The notes under the pieces were generated by a model, which saw only the letters and a program-made list of their open reading frames with translations, did no database searches and had not been told where the DNA came from. The position numbers and the translations under genes are program-made. Positions 36,840-46,489 of a stretch of 64,000 nt of DNA are shown in pieces. Origin of the DNA: an uncultured delta proteobacterium (lineage in GTDB: Bacteria; Desulfobacterota; Binatia; UBA9968); the NCBI GenBank assembly GCA_963737905.1, contig CAVTUQ010000028.1, positions 160,001 through 224,000 on the forward strand, given 5' to 3'. Every line of letters begins with the position of its first letter. The stretch's first letter is position 1.

Positions 36840-37199
36840 CTAAATCCACGGGCCAAGAAATTCCAGCTGGTTTTGCATTTCCTCCATTGATTTCGCACCG
36901 ATTAATTTTAGAAGACCGCGCATCTGGTCTCCTACAGAATAACGTTGCTGCGGTGCGAGAATAATGCCCGCGTGTGATTTGCCCTCAGATAGATACTGCG
37001 TATGGAGCCGGCAGAAGTCGCCAACGTTAAAACTGTACAAGACGCGGCTGTACGTGGTCGCATACTCTAGATGCTCCTCATCTTTACGCTCGATCATGCG
37101 TGCTTCTAAAGACGAAACTACATCCACATTGCGAGCCCGCAAAGCTGTAATCAAGACATGGCGCATGGAATCCTCATCAAAGTACAAACGAATCGTCAT
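36840..37199 (-). CDS. DUF5615 PIN-like toxin
   Basis: IRLYFDED, DEEHL.YA, SFNVGDF, HAGII. Confidence 0.85.
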   Translation of the reverse strand: MTIRLYFDEDSMRHVLITALRARNVDVVSSLEARMIERKDEEHLEYATTYSRVLYSFNVGDFCRLHTQYLSEGKSHAGIILAPQQRYSVGDQMRGLLKLIGAKSMEEMQNQLEFLGPWI

Positions 37200-37492
37200 G
37201 AAGCCCTGCGGCTCAGGAAATGCTCCCGCTCCAGTCTTTCAACCTCCGCCTCTTCTGAAGCGATATCGGTTTCGATTTCTGCCCGGTTCGCATGATAGTA
37301 AGCCAACGCCGCATAGACTTGCGCTAATGATAAGTGAGGAATCTCCAGCGTAATCTCCTCTGGACTTAACCCCAGCTTGTACCACCCTACAATCCGACGC
37401 ACAGTCACACCTGTACCTGCAATACGTGGGCGTCCCCCACGAATCTCCGGCGTCCGAACAATCAACGTTCCAATGTCATTTGGTGTTGGCAT
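37196..37492 (-). CDS. DUF433 antitoxin
   Basis: GGRPRIAGTGVTV...G.SPEEI...PHLSLAQVYAALAYY; overlaps the toxin start. Confidence 0.88.
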   Translation of the reverse strand: MPTPNDIGTLIVRTPEIRGGRPRIAGTGVTVRRIVGWYKLGLSPEEITLEIPHLSLAQVYAALAYYHANRAEIETDIASEEAEVERLEREHFLSRRAS

Positions 37493-37865
37493 AGCTTTTA
37501 CTCCCATAACTTTACTCTCCGACGTACTAGGAATTTTAACACGTGTGGCGATCCCAATGCCAAAGGGGAAAGAGCGAAGCCAATTGCGGATTTCGGATTG
37601 CGAATTTCGAATTTGAAGACTGCTAAGGGCCAAGCGGTAAGCGCAAAGAGCATGAAAGCATGGAGCAGGGAGCCTGGAGCTAAGAGCAAAATATAACGCT
37701 AAGGGCGAAGGGCGAAGAGCATTTCCTATTGCGAATTTCGGATTGCGAATTTACCGAACGCAAAGAGCTAAGCGGTAAGCGCAAAGAGCTAAGGGGCAAG
37801 AGCAAGACATTTCGAATTGCGAAATGTTTTTCTGACTTCTGACGTCTGACCGCCGATCTCTGAAC

Positions 37866-38120
37866 TTACTCACCACGGGCATATTTTAGATCGTCCTCAA
37901 GCTCCTCCGGACCATAGTGGCGCGGGATGCCACGCTCTCCTAATACCTGACCAAATTCGTATTTCCCTATGCCGGCCAGCTCCCTAGCTTTACCAAACGA
38001 CAAAAGCCCACGGGCATATAACGAGATTGCCAACTCTTTTAACAGTTCCTGTGCCATGCGCTCTTCCGGCAACCGGATAGACTGGAGTACTGAATCCGGG
38101 ACGTGCAATTGCAAGCCCAT
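37866..38120 (-). CDS. UPF0175 family antitoxin
   Basis: LAISLY..GLLSFGKARELAG...F...L.ERGI...EELEDD. Confidence 0.85.
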   Translation of the reverse strand: MGLQLHVPDSVLQSIRLPEERMAQELLKELAISLYARGLLSFGKARELAGIGKYEFGQVLGERGIPRHYGPEELEDDLKYARGE

Positions 38121-38169
38121 CTTTTCTCCCTTTCTTTCTGTCTTTTTGCCACGGACTGCAAAAGGTTAA

Positions 38170-38373
38170 TTAACCGCCGCTTTCCTTCGGCGAGATTTCC
38201 GGGCCGGGTTCGTTTTCTAATCCCCGCACCGCCGCCCGGAATGATAATTCTGACCAGTCGATATCTTCCGCTCGAAGCTTCAGTGCCAGATGCTTCACAA
38301 ATTCTAGCACCTCTCGTCGCAACGGTTCCGGTAACGCCTTGACCTCCTTATAGATACGATCGGCCGTTTCCAT
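38170..38373 (-). CDS. DUF2281-type antitoxin
   Basis: LPEPLRREVLEFV..L. Confidence 0.7.
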   Translation of the reverse strand: METADRIYKEVKALPEPLRREVLEFVKHLALKLRAEDIDWSELSFRAAVRGLENEPGPEISPKESGG

Positions 38374-38375
38374 TC

Positions 38376-38630
38376 CTAGCCTCCGCGTCGCTGCTCCCGT
38401 ACGACGTCAGACATCTGGCCTCGAATCGTGGCTGGGCGCATGCGCAACTCTTCAAGTCGAAGCCCAGGTCCCGTGGTTTCATTTAAGAATTTCGCAAGCG
38501 GAGTTTCTCGCCGCTTCTTTTCAGTCAGAAATTCGATGAAATCCATCACTTCAGCGATCTGCTGTGGCTCGAGGGCGTTAATTCTTCCCAGGATGCTTTT
38601 TTCTGTTAAGTCTTTCGATTCGTGTTTCAT
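38376..38630 (-). CDS. DUF2281-type antitoxin
   Basis: L.PQQIAEVMDFIEFL. Confidence 0.7.
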   Translation of the reverse strand: MKHESKDLTEKSILGRINALEPQQIAEVMDFIEFLTEKKRRETPLAKFLNETTGPGLRLEELRMRPATIRGQMSDVVREQRRGG

Positions 38631-38794
38631 ATTATTGCCTGAACTCTGAAAATGGAAAGCTGAAAGCAGAAAGTTGAAATCTGATTTCTGTTTTCTACTT
38701 TTTGTTTTCCCAATTTTCCTGAATGTATGATTGGCAGGTTTGACGTAAAGCGAATTCTGCTGGGGACGTTTTCATCCAAGAGAAATGCTTTCAA
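38627..38794 (-). pseudogene. DUF5615 PIN-like toxin truncated after ~30 codons
   Basis: TTG start overlapping the DUF433 stop: MKAFLLDENVP..., then runs into a GAAAGNN heptamer hairpin. Confidence 0.65.
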
Positions 38795-39012
38795 ACCAAA
38801 TCCTGAAGCCTGAAATGATTTTTCATCAATTCAGCAGAGAACCGCAAGCACTCTAGGACATCTTCCTTTGAAAGCGATGGATACTCCTCCAGCACATCCT
38901 CTACGGTATCCCCTGCCGCCAAAAACTCCAGAACCGTGCGCGCCGTTATTCGCGTACCTTCAATCACGGGCTGTCCGTTGCAGATGTCTGGATCGATAAC
39001 GATTCGTTTCAT
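38791..39012 (-). CDS. DUF433 antitoxin
   Basis: RIVIDPDICNGQPVIEGTRI...G.T.EDVLEEYPSL. Confidence 0.88.
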   Translation of the reverse strand: MKRIVIDPDICNGQPVIEGTRITARTVLEFLAAGDTVEDVLEEYPSLSKEDVLECLRFSAELMKNHFRLQDLV

Positions 39013-39340
39013 AGCGCTATGATAACCGCCGACGCTGCAAAAACAAGAGCCACCAAGAGCCGTCAGCCAGAGATCAGAAGTCAGAAGTCGGAGATCAGAA
39101 TCTCGCTAAGCGGCAAGCGCTAAGGGCGAAGCGCAGAGATCGGAATTCAGAAATCAGAGGGTCAGCCAGCTATAAACCAGAGATCAGCGATCAGAGATCA
39201 GAAGTCGGCAAATTCGAAATTCGCAATTCGAAATTCGCAATCCGCATTTTCTTAGCTCGATGCTCCTCGCTCCCTGCTCCCTGCTCCATGCTCTTACCCC
39301 TTACCCCTTACCGCATTGCCCTTTGCTTCGCGCTTCGCGC

Positions 39341-42300
39341 TCAGCTCCCCACCAGGCGGCTGCGGAGAGCGGCTAGGGCTTCGCGCGCTTCGCGGTGGGA
39401 CGGATAGAGCTGGAGAACACGCTCGTATTCCCGGGTCGCATCGCGGAGCTCTCCCACGCGAACGTAGGCATTGGCCAGGCGGAGGCGGGTTGTCAGATCG
39501 GCGGGCTCCTGCGACAGGATGGCCTGCCACAGCTCGATGGCGTGGAAAAACTTTTCGTTTTCAAACAGACGCTGGGCGAACCGCGCTTTGTACTCGCCAT
39601 TGCGCCGGTCAAGCTCGATCGCCTGCTTGTAGGCGTTGAAGGCGGCTTGCCAGGCGCCGGCGCCGTCCAGGGCTACCGCGAGTTGGAAATACGCTCCTGC
39701 GTCTGCTGAGTTCTCTTTCACCAATGCCTCCCATATGGGAATGGCCAGGGCAAATTGACCGCGCTTGGTGTAATAGCGGGCCAAAGCGAAGTTGATGCGG
39801 TAGGCTCGTGACACGGGCGTCGAGGAGTCAGCTTGGCCAAGTTCTTTTTGGACGAGCTTGACGAAAAGACGGCGGTGAGGCGGAAGCCCGTCGGAGTCCG
39901 GAGCCGGTGCTTTGGCAACGGCAGCCGCTCCATCGCCCGATTGTTTGGCCAGCAGGAGCGCGGTCTGAAAATTCACGAGGGCGCCGCTGTTCTCTCCCAT
40001 CGAGGAAAGTACTTCGGCGATGGCCAGACGAATCTCCGGATTCTCCGGGTCTAATCCGATCGTACTCTCCAGCTCCGAGAGCGCCTCGGGGAGTTTTCTA
40101 GCCCGGATCAGGGCGTTGGCATAGAGGCGACGGTAAATCGGTTTTTCCCCGGGTGAGGCGAGTGCGAGCGCCTTCTGATAGCTTTCGTCCGCCTGCAGCC
40201 GGAGTCCTTTCTTATCCAGGAGAGTCGCGAGGTAAAGACGATCAACCGAAGTGTTGGGGACCAGCGCCTGGAGATCTTCACGTTCGCTAGTCACGGCCAG
40301 GGCCCGGTCGAGAAGCTCAGGGAGCAGTTCCGGATTGAGAGCGACGGCGTTACGCACCGCGGCGAGAGCGGTTGCGCGCAGTGGCGTGGCGGGCGGAGGA
40401 AGACGCGCCTGAGAAAAGGCAAACAGCGCAAGCACCCGGTGGCGGGCCGGATTGGCGGGATCGAGGCTCACGGCGCGGTTGAAGTGAGTCAGGGCAAGGC
40501 GGCGCGTTTCGACGGCGGCTTCTGCCTGACCTGCCGACTGGGCTTGAATGAGGGCGCGGGTTCCGAGCAGCCAGGCCAAGCGCTCGTGCAGCGCGGCCTC
40601 ATAGGGCGCATCGTTCAGAGCACGCCGATAGTCATGCTCGGCTTGATCGAGCAGCGCCATAGCCACTTTGGTTCTTACCTCTTGAGTCCTAAGTATCGTA
40701 GCGTCGGGGCCGACCGCCCGGTTCCATGCCCGGCTCGCTTGCTCCTCGAGCTTGCTGGCGCGGAGGCGCAACGCTGCCGGATGTCCCGGAGAAATTGAAA
40801 TGACCCGTCCAAGCAGCTCCAAAGCTCGGCGTTCGTTCTCGAGGCGCTGAACTAATGAAGTTGTCATTGTGGGAGCGCTGGCTTGGGATTCCATGAAGGC
40901 GACCGCCGACTGAAACCTGTTCTCCGCCAACGGCGGACTCACGATAGAAAATACCGCGACGAGAGCCAGCCCGGCAACGATAACGCCGGCCGACACCTGA
41001 CGAAAACGTCCCGCAATCGGGTAGTGACGTACGGTGACGAGAGGTTGTGTTATGTTGCGGAAAAAACGGTTGTGGAGAGCGACTGTGGCAATGGCCAAAA
41101 GCGTAGCGAGGAGAATTCCATTGGCGGGAATGCGTAAGGAGAAATCGAGAAAGCTATGGAAGAAAACGGCAACCACTCCGCCTAATGCCCCGATGGCGAT
41201 GCCAACGTTGTACGGGTCCCGGCGATAAATATCCTCAATGTCGGCTTGACGATAAAAACAATGACCTCGACCCAAGAGGTGAGCGCCAATGAGATCTCGT
41301 CCAACACGCCACAAGGCAACTAAAAGGATCAGGCCTCCGACGAGACCGGTTTCAATCCAAAACTGGAGATGGTCGTTATGGGCATGAGTGAAGTGAACGG
41401 ATCCCGGCGTAAGCTCGATGGGCTGAAAACGAGGGAAGAGATCGCCATAACTCCCAAGGCCCGTTCCAAACAGGGGAGCAATGCGTAACATCGGGAGGCT
41501 CGCCCAGTACTGGGTGATTCTAGACTGGAGGCCCGTGAAGGCCAGGCCGAATCGCTCGAGGATAGGGTCGAGACCGATCCAGGCCGCATAGGTCAAGGTC
41601 AAGAGGACCAAGGCGGCGAGTAAAAGATGACTGGGACGAGCCGCCTGGCGGACCAAAAGAATTCCGACCAGCACAACTAAGGATAGAATGAGACTCACCA
41701 CCCCGGCTCTGGAGAGCGTGAAAACCAGCGCCACGGCCATGATGGTGATAGCGAATAACAGAAGCAGCTCTTGCCAGACCCTGTGGGGAAAGCGATGCGG
41801 CGTGAATTTTTTAACGGCGACTGCTGACTCCTCATCCGTTATCCAGTAGTCGCGCAGGGAGAGAGTCGTCGTCGAAGCCGAATGGCGCCTTCTCTGCCGG
41901 CGGAGAAGCTTGGTGGAAAGCAAGAAGCCGAGAGCGAGAGGAATCAGCATTGCGAGCCAGGCGGCAAAGTGGTCCGGGTTTACAAAGGTCCCGGTCACTC
42001 TTCCTGCATAACTGAGCTTTTTCGAGCCGAAAACCCCATAACCCCCGCCCAGGTAGTCCAGGAGACCGTAAAAAGCTAAAAGGCTTCCCATGACAAGCAG
42101 AAACCGAACGAGGCGATCGATTTGCAACCGCTCGCGAAACTGATTGACGACCAGGAAGTAAACCGCGGCGTAGGTAAGGAAAAGTCCCACGGCATGGCGA
42201 GTGGAGGCGGGCGCCAGGCTACCGGAGAAAAATATCGATGGTAATTGCGCTTCGGCGGAAGGCGACAGGGCCCAGTTCCGCAATGCGTTGTTTCCAAGAG

Positions 42301-42535
42301 CGAGCTGGAGAAACAGGACACCGACAAATAGGAGGAAAGGAACGTTCAGTGGGGTGCGAACGATTACCAGCTCTCCTTCAGCGATCATTTTGACAACCCA
42401 GGTCAAAACCGCGAAGAGAGCCAGCAGCTCGACAATCGCCAGCGGCCAGCCCTCCACCGAGCCATAGGGGAGGGGAGCGAACAGCAACAGAGCGTATAGC
42501 ACGCCGGTGACGGTCAGGTCAGCGATCCGACTCAT
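39341..42535 (-). CDS. O-antigen ligase family (Wzy_C) membrane protein fused to a long TPR region
   Basis: RVTGTFVNPDH, TLSRAG, PLFGTGLGSY, HAHND; C-terminal TPR-like repeats. Confidence 0.85.
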   Translation of the reverse strand: MSRIADLTVTGVLYALLLFAPLPYGSVEGWPLAIVELLALFAVLTWVVKMIAEGELVIVRTPLNVPFLLFVGVLFLQLALGNNALRNWALSPSAEAQLPSIFFSGSLAPASTRHAVGLFLTYAAVYFLVVNQFRERLQIDRLVRFLLVMGSLLAFYGLLDYLGGGYGVFGSKKLSYAGRVTGTFVNPDHFAAWLAMLIPLALGFLLSTKLLRRQRRRHSASTTTLSLRDYWITDEESAVAVKKFTPHRFPHRVWQELLLLFAITIMAVALVFTLSRAGVVSLILSLVVLVGILLVRQAARPSHLLLAALVLLTLTYAAWIGLDPILERFGLAFTGLQSRITQYWASLPMLRIAPLFGTGLGSYGDLFPRFQPIELTPGSVHFTHAHNDHLQFWIETGLVGGLILLVALWRVGRDLIGAHLLGRGHCFYRQADIEDIYRRDPYNVGIAIGALGGVVAVFFHSFLDFSLRIPANGILLATLLAIATVALHNRFFRNITQPLVTVRHYPIAGRFRQVSAGVIVAGLALVAVFSIVSPPLAENRFQSAVAFMESQASAPTMTTSLVQRLENERRALELLGRVISISPGHPAALRLRASKLEEQASRAWNRAVGPDATILRTQEVRTKVAMALLDQAEHDYRRALNDAPYEAALHERLAWLLGTRALIQAQSAGQAEAAVETRRLALTHFNRAVSLDPANPARHRVLALFAFSQARLPPPATPLRATALAAVRNAVALNPELLPELLDRALAVTSEREDLQALVPNTSVDRLYLATLLDKKGLRLQADESYQKALALASPGEKPIYRRLYANALIRARKLPEALSELESTIGLDPENPEIRLAIAEVLSSMGENSGALVNFQTALLLAKQSGDGAAAVAKAPAPDSDGLPPHRRLFVKLVQKELGQADSSTPVSRAYRINFALARYYTKRGQFALAIPIWEALVKENSADAGAYFQLAVALDGAGAWQAAFNAYKQAIELDRRNGEYKARFAQRLFENEKFFHAIELWQAILSQEPADLTTRLRLANAYVRVGELRDATREYERVLQLYPSHREAREALAALRSRLVGS

Positions 42536-42708
42536 AAAACTTTAAGCAGGGAAGCTTGGAGCATGGAGCCACAGATAGCATGGAGCTTGGAGCAGGGAGC
42601 ATGGAGCTAAGACACTCAAAGAGCATGGAGCATGGAGCTAAGACATAACGCCAAAGAAGCAGGGAGCTTAGAGCCACAGATAGCCGGGCTAGCGCTGTAG
42701 CAGCGGAG

Positions 42709-43074
42709 CTAGGATTTTAGAGTACGGCGAAAGGCTAAAAGCATTCTGCTTTCCTCTTCCAGTTCCGATAGTAACTTCCGGACCGTTTCAGACGGTAAAT
42801 AATTGTCTTTAGACAAAATCATCAGGATATTCGCTACCTCGAAAACTGACCGCCGGGACATATTCAGGAAGTTTGCGAAATCTGTATCAGATGCACTTCC
42901 CGATCCCTCAGCTATATTATTCGTAATACTTAGGGTTGCGCCACGTAATTGTTCAGCAAATCGGAATAATCTCCTCTCTTCGAGATTTTCCGCCAATCTG
43001 AATAGCTCAGCACTAATAGCAGCGCCTCGTTTCCAAATCTCTAACTCCTGAAATCGAAATTGTGTTTCACTCAT
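42709..43074 (-). CDS. Four helix bundle protein (fourth gene, third subtype)
   Basis: FRFQELEIWK...QLRGATLSITNNIAEGSG...F..FL..SRRS..E. Confidence 0.92.
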   Translation of the reverse strand: MSETQFRFQELEIWKRGAAISAELFRLAENLEERRLFRFAEQLRGATLSITNNIAEGSGSASDTDFANFLNMSRRSVFEVANILMILSKDNYLPSETVRKLLSELEEESRMLLAFRRTLKS

Positions 43075-43166
43075 CTCGTGCGTTCGCTTCCGCTCCCTCC
43101 GGCTCTCGCTCCTTAGCTCCATGCTCCATGCTTCTTGCTCCCACGCTCCCTGCTCGCTTAGCGGCA

Positions 43167-43895
43167 TTATCCCCCGCCATTTCCCCGGCCGTAGTGATAT
43201 CCGCCGTAGTACTGGTAAAAGTATCGATAGTAGTAGCCGTCACGGCGGGGGTCTACCTGGCTCAGAAGAACTCCGATCATCTTGCCCTGGACAGCTTCAA
43301 TTTGCTCGACCGCCCGCCGCAATAGCTCGCGCGGCGCGCCCCCGGATTTGAGCACCAGGATGACGCCATCGCTCAATGCCGCCAGCGCTGCAGTGTCAGC
43401 CACGGACATAATCGGCGCCGAATCGAAGAGCAAGGTGTCGAACTTGCCGGCGAGAGTATCGACAAACTCGCGCATCCGATTGGAGCCGAGAAGCTCCCAG
43501 GGATTGGGCGGGAGCGGACCACTTGGCACCAGGTAAAGATTCGGGGTCGATGTTGCTACCACTACTTGATCGACACTTTTCGCTTCGGCGAGCGCGACAG
43601 TCAGACCGATGCCATTGGATACACCGAAAAGGTCGTGCAGGCTCGGCTGGCGAAGATCGGAGTCGATCAGGCAGACCCTTCCTCCCGCCTGGGCCATGGC
43701 CAACCCCAGGTTGGCAACCGTGGTGGTCTTCCCCTCGCCCGGAGTGGCAGAGGTGATGAGAAGCTTGCGGTAACCATCGTCGAGGTTGGAAAACTGGAGG
43801 TTTGTCCGCAGGGTACGGTAGGCCTCGGCGGCGACCGATTTGGGATCCGTTTCGAGAATGAGACTAAGCGGAGGGGGCGGGGGTTTCTTCAGCAT
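43167..43895 (-). CDS. CpsD/CapB family bacterial tyrosine kinase
   Basis: AEAYRTLRTNL, GEGKTT, DSDLR.P, DSAP, C-terminal Tyr cluster YYYRYFYQYY. Confidence 0.93.
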   Translation of the reverse strand: MLKKPPPPPLSLILETDPKSVAAEAYRTLRTNLQFSNLDDGYRKLLITSATPGEGKTTTVANLGLAMAQAGGRVCLIDSDLRQPSLHDLFGVSNGIGLTVALAEAKSVDQVVVATSTPNLYLVPSGPLPPNPWELLGSNRMREFVDTLAGKFDTLLFDSAPIMSVADTAALAALSDGVILVLKSGGAPRELLRRAVEQIEAVQGKMIGVLLSQVDPRRDGYYYRYFYQYYGGYHYGRGNGGG

Positions 43896-44081
43896 AAATC
43901 ACATCCAATCAATGATTTGGGACGAATTATGCAGGGAGCTTGAACGGATCAGGATTTCGAATTTTTACTCTGCGGACTCGGGAGTCTCTGATCGGTAAAA
44001 CCTGCTCCGAGACTTGTTTCGCAACCGCGAGCGTCTGGTCCGATCAAATCCGAACTTCGCAATTCGAAATCCGAAATTTTC

Positions 44082-45458
44082 CTATCGTTTTGCTTCGAAA
44101 ATTGGCACCACGCCAATCACCGGGAACCCCAAGTAGCTCTGCACTTCTTGAGGTGTTCGAATGGTATTGTCCAGACGCTCCAGAAACAATGCCACACCGA
44201 TCCCCGCCAGCAGGCCCAGGATAATGGCGATGCCTATCTCGCGGGATTTTTGCGGTTTGATCGGGAACGCCGGCACCTGGGCCTCTTCCACGACCCGGAG
44301 ATTGTTGGTTTCCAGCGCCCCCGAGACGCCCATCTCCTTCAAACGGTTCAGCACCGTCTCTTGCATTTGCTGGTTGGAATTGACCTCGCGCTCGAGCCCC
44401 TGATAATCGATCTCTTTTTCATAGATCTTTTGCGCCTCTTGCCTGAGCTGATCGACGTTTTGCAAAAGGGCGTTTTCGCGCGCCCTGGCCACACGCAGTT
44501 CGGTATTAACGGCCTGGAGCATGGTCTGGATCTCGGCTTCGAGCTTTTTCTGGACCTCCTGCATCTGCGCCCGCAATTCAATAATCCTTGGGTGCTTGGG
44601 TCCGAGGCTCTCGAGGGCCCTGGACACCTCGATCCTCAAGTCGGCGGCCTGGGCTTTGAGCTTCTGGATCATGGGATTATCGGCGACGATGAAAATGGTC
44701 TGGGCGCCGACCGGGTCCTTGGCGATGGCCTGAAGCTCTTTGAGCTTGGCTTCCACGGCCAAGCGTTGGGCCTGAGCATCCAGGTAGGCGGTGTTGACAC
44801 TCATGATCTTGCCGGTCGTGATCTCCCGTTGCTCCTTGAGCCCGACGATTCCCGCCTTGACCCGATAGTTTTGCAGGGCCATGGAGGAATCGCGTACTTT
44901 GGTACTCAGCCCGGTCATCTGCTCGGAAAGCCACGCCAAAGCCTCGCGGGCGTTCTTCATTTTCATATCCAGGTTGTTTCGCGTATAGGCGCGCGCGATG
45001 CCAGTGGCCACGTCGGCCGCCACAGCCGGATCACGGTGCTCGAATTTGATATCCACGAGGCTGGTTTCCTTTACGGGCAACACCATGACCGACCTTAAAA
45101 GATCTGCGACGGGATCCTTGGCCTCGGCAAGCTCAGGGAGTCGCTTTGTCAGATTGAGATTCTCGATCGCCTTTTCGATGACCGGCCGGCTCTTGATCAG
45201 CTCATACTGGGTCAAATAGTACTGGCTGTATTGGCTGCCAGTGGGATTGACTTCCTGAATATTGATGACCTTGGGGGCTTCGGGTGAGATCAAGACCCGG
45301 GCACTGGCGCGGTAAATTGGCGTCTGGAGAAAGGCTCGGATGATCCCGGTCGCGGCGACGATGAGGAACAGGCTGATAATCGTCCAGCGGCGCTTATGGA
45401 AAAGCTGCAGATAGGTGCGGAGAAAATTCTGATCTTCGACAGGCGGCGGTAAAGGCAT
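44082..45458 (-). CDS. Polysaccharide co-polymerase / chain-length determinant (GumC, Wzc transmembrane part)
   Basis: Two TM segments, PIYRASA, coiled-coil periplasmic region, GPKHP, P.KP, DNTIRTP. Confidence 0.9.
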   Translation of the reverse strand: MPLPPPVEDQNFLRTYLQLFHKRRWTIISLFLIVAATGIIRAFLQTPIYRASARVLISPEAPKVINIQEVNPTGSQYSQYYLTQYELIKSRPVIEKAIENLNLTKRLPELAEAKDPVADLLRSVMVLPVKETSLVDIKFEHRDPAVAADVATGIARAYTRNNLDMKMKNAREALAWLSEQMTGLSTKVRDSSMALQNYRVKAGIVGLKEQREITTGKIMSVNTAYLDAQAQRLAVEAKLKELQAIAKDPVGAQTIFIVADNPMIQKLKAQAADLRIEVSRALESLGPKHPRIIELRAQMQEVQKKLEAEIQTMLQAVNTELRVARARENALLQNVDQLRQEAQKIYEKEIDYQGLEREVNSNQQMQETVLNRLKEMGVSGALETNNLRVVEEAQVPAFPIKPQKSREIGIAIILGLLAGIGVALFLERLDNTIRTPQEVQSYLGFPVIGVVPIFEAKR

Positions 45459-45643
45459 AATAACTCCCGTTTCGAATTGCGGATTTCGGATTGCGAATTG
45501 CGGATTTAAAAACAGCTAAGGGCAAAGAGCATGGAGCATGGAGCAAGGAAGCAAGAGAGCTAAGGGGTAAGCCAAAGACCTGATCCCTGAGCCCTCTGGC
45601 TCCTTGCTCGCTGCTCCGTGCTCCCTGCTCTTCGCTGACACGG

Positions 45644-46489
45644 TCAAAAGAAGCTCTCGGGGACAACGATGACGTCGTTCTCCCTGAGACGGATCGCCTT
45701 GTCCCGGCGACCCTGTTTGATGATCTCCGTCATATCGACCTGGATGACTTCTTCCCCCTTGGGCGTGGTCCGAATAATCCTCGTCCGGCCCGGCGCTGCG
45801 ATATTGGTAAACCCGCCTGCCAACGTGATGCCCTCGAGGATCGTGGTCTCCTGGTCGAGCTTATAGGCTCCCGGGCTCTTCACCTCGCCCAGGACAAAAA
45901 AGCCCTGGGCCTTGGGAATGAGAATGGTATCGCCGCTCTGCAGGGGTATATTTTCCTCCGCCCCTGCCTGGATCTTGGCGATGTCGTAGTGCTGGATATT
46001 GTTTTCGCGGGTAGCCTGCTGCTGCCCGGGCGCGGTTTTGTTTTGCGGGCGCACAAGAATGACCTGGCTACCGGCCAACTTGGACGGGCCACCGGCCTGA
46101 GACAGGACCTCCCAAAGTGTCAAGGGTCCCGTGAGAGCGTAGGTGCCCGGCTTCTCCGCCTCACCCAAAACGAAGACTTTCTTTGCCAGATACTCGGCCA
46201 CAGTGACGCGTACCTGGGGATTGACCAGGTAGTCCTTGTCTAAACGCTCGCGCAGGCGCTGGGCGATTTCTGTGGTCGTGAGATCTTCCACCTTGACTCT
46301 TCCGATTAGCGGAAAGTCGATGAAGCCATCACCGGATACTGAATACCGCTGAGAGAGATCCGCCTGCCCCCAAATGGCGACATCAAGCACATCGCGGGGG
46401 CCGACCCGATACTCCTGAGCCAGGGCCGGACATGAAAAGGCGAGGCACAGGAGCAAAAAAACAATTATTGATTTCCGACTCACCGGCAT
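45644..46489 (-). CDS. wza: Polysaccharide export protein with SLBB domains
   Basis: YRVGPRDVL, GFIDFPLIG, VLGE..KPG.Y twice, AGGF, DVIVVPESFF. Confidence 0.9.
   Translation of the reverse strand: MPVSRKSIIVFLLLCLAFSCPALAQEYRVGPRDVLDVAIWGQADLSQRYSVSGDGFIDFPLIGRVKVEDLTTTEIAQRLRERLDKDYLVNPQVRVTVAEYLAKKVFVLGEAEKPGTYALTGPLTLWEVLSQAGGPSKLAGSQVILVRPQNKTAPGQQQATRENNIQHYDIAKIQAGAEENIPLQSGDTILIPKAQGFFVLGEVKSPGAYKLDQETTILEGITLAGGFTNIAAPGRTRIIRTTPKGEEVIQVDMTEIIKQGRRDKAIRLRENDVIVVPESFF

Noticed and set aside
35961-39330. Classical integron
   Set aside because: No IntI tyrosine recombinase and no RYYYAAC...GTTRRRY attC structures were recognised.
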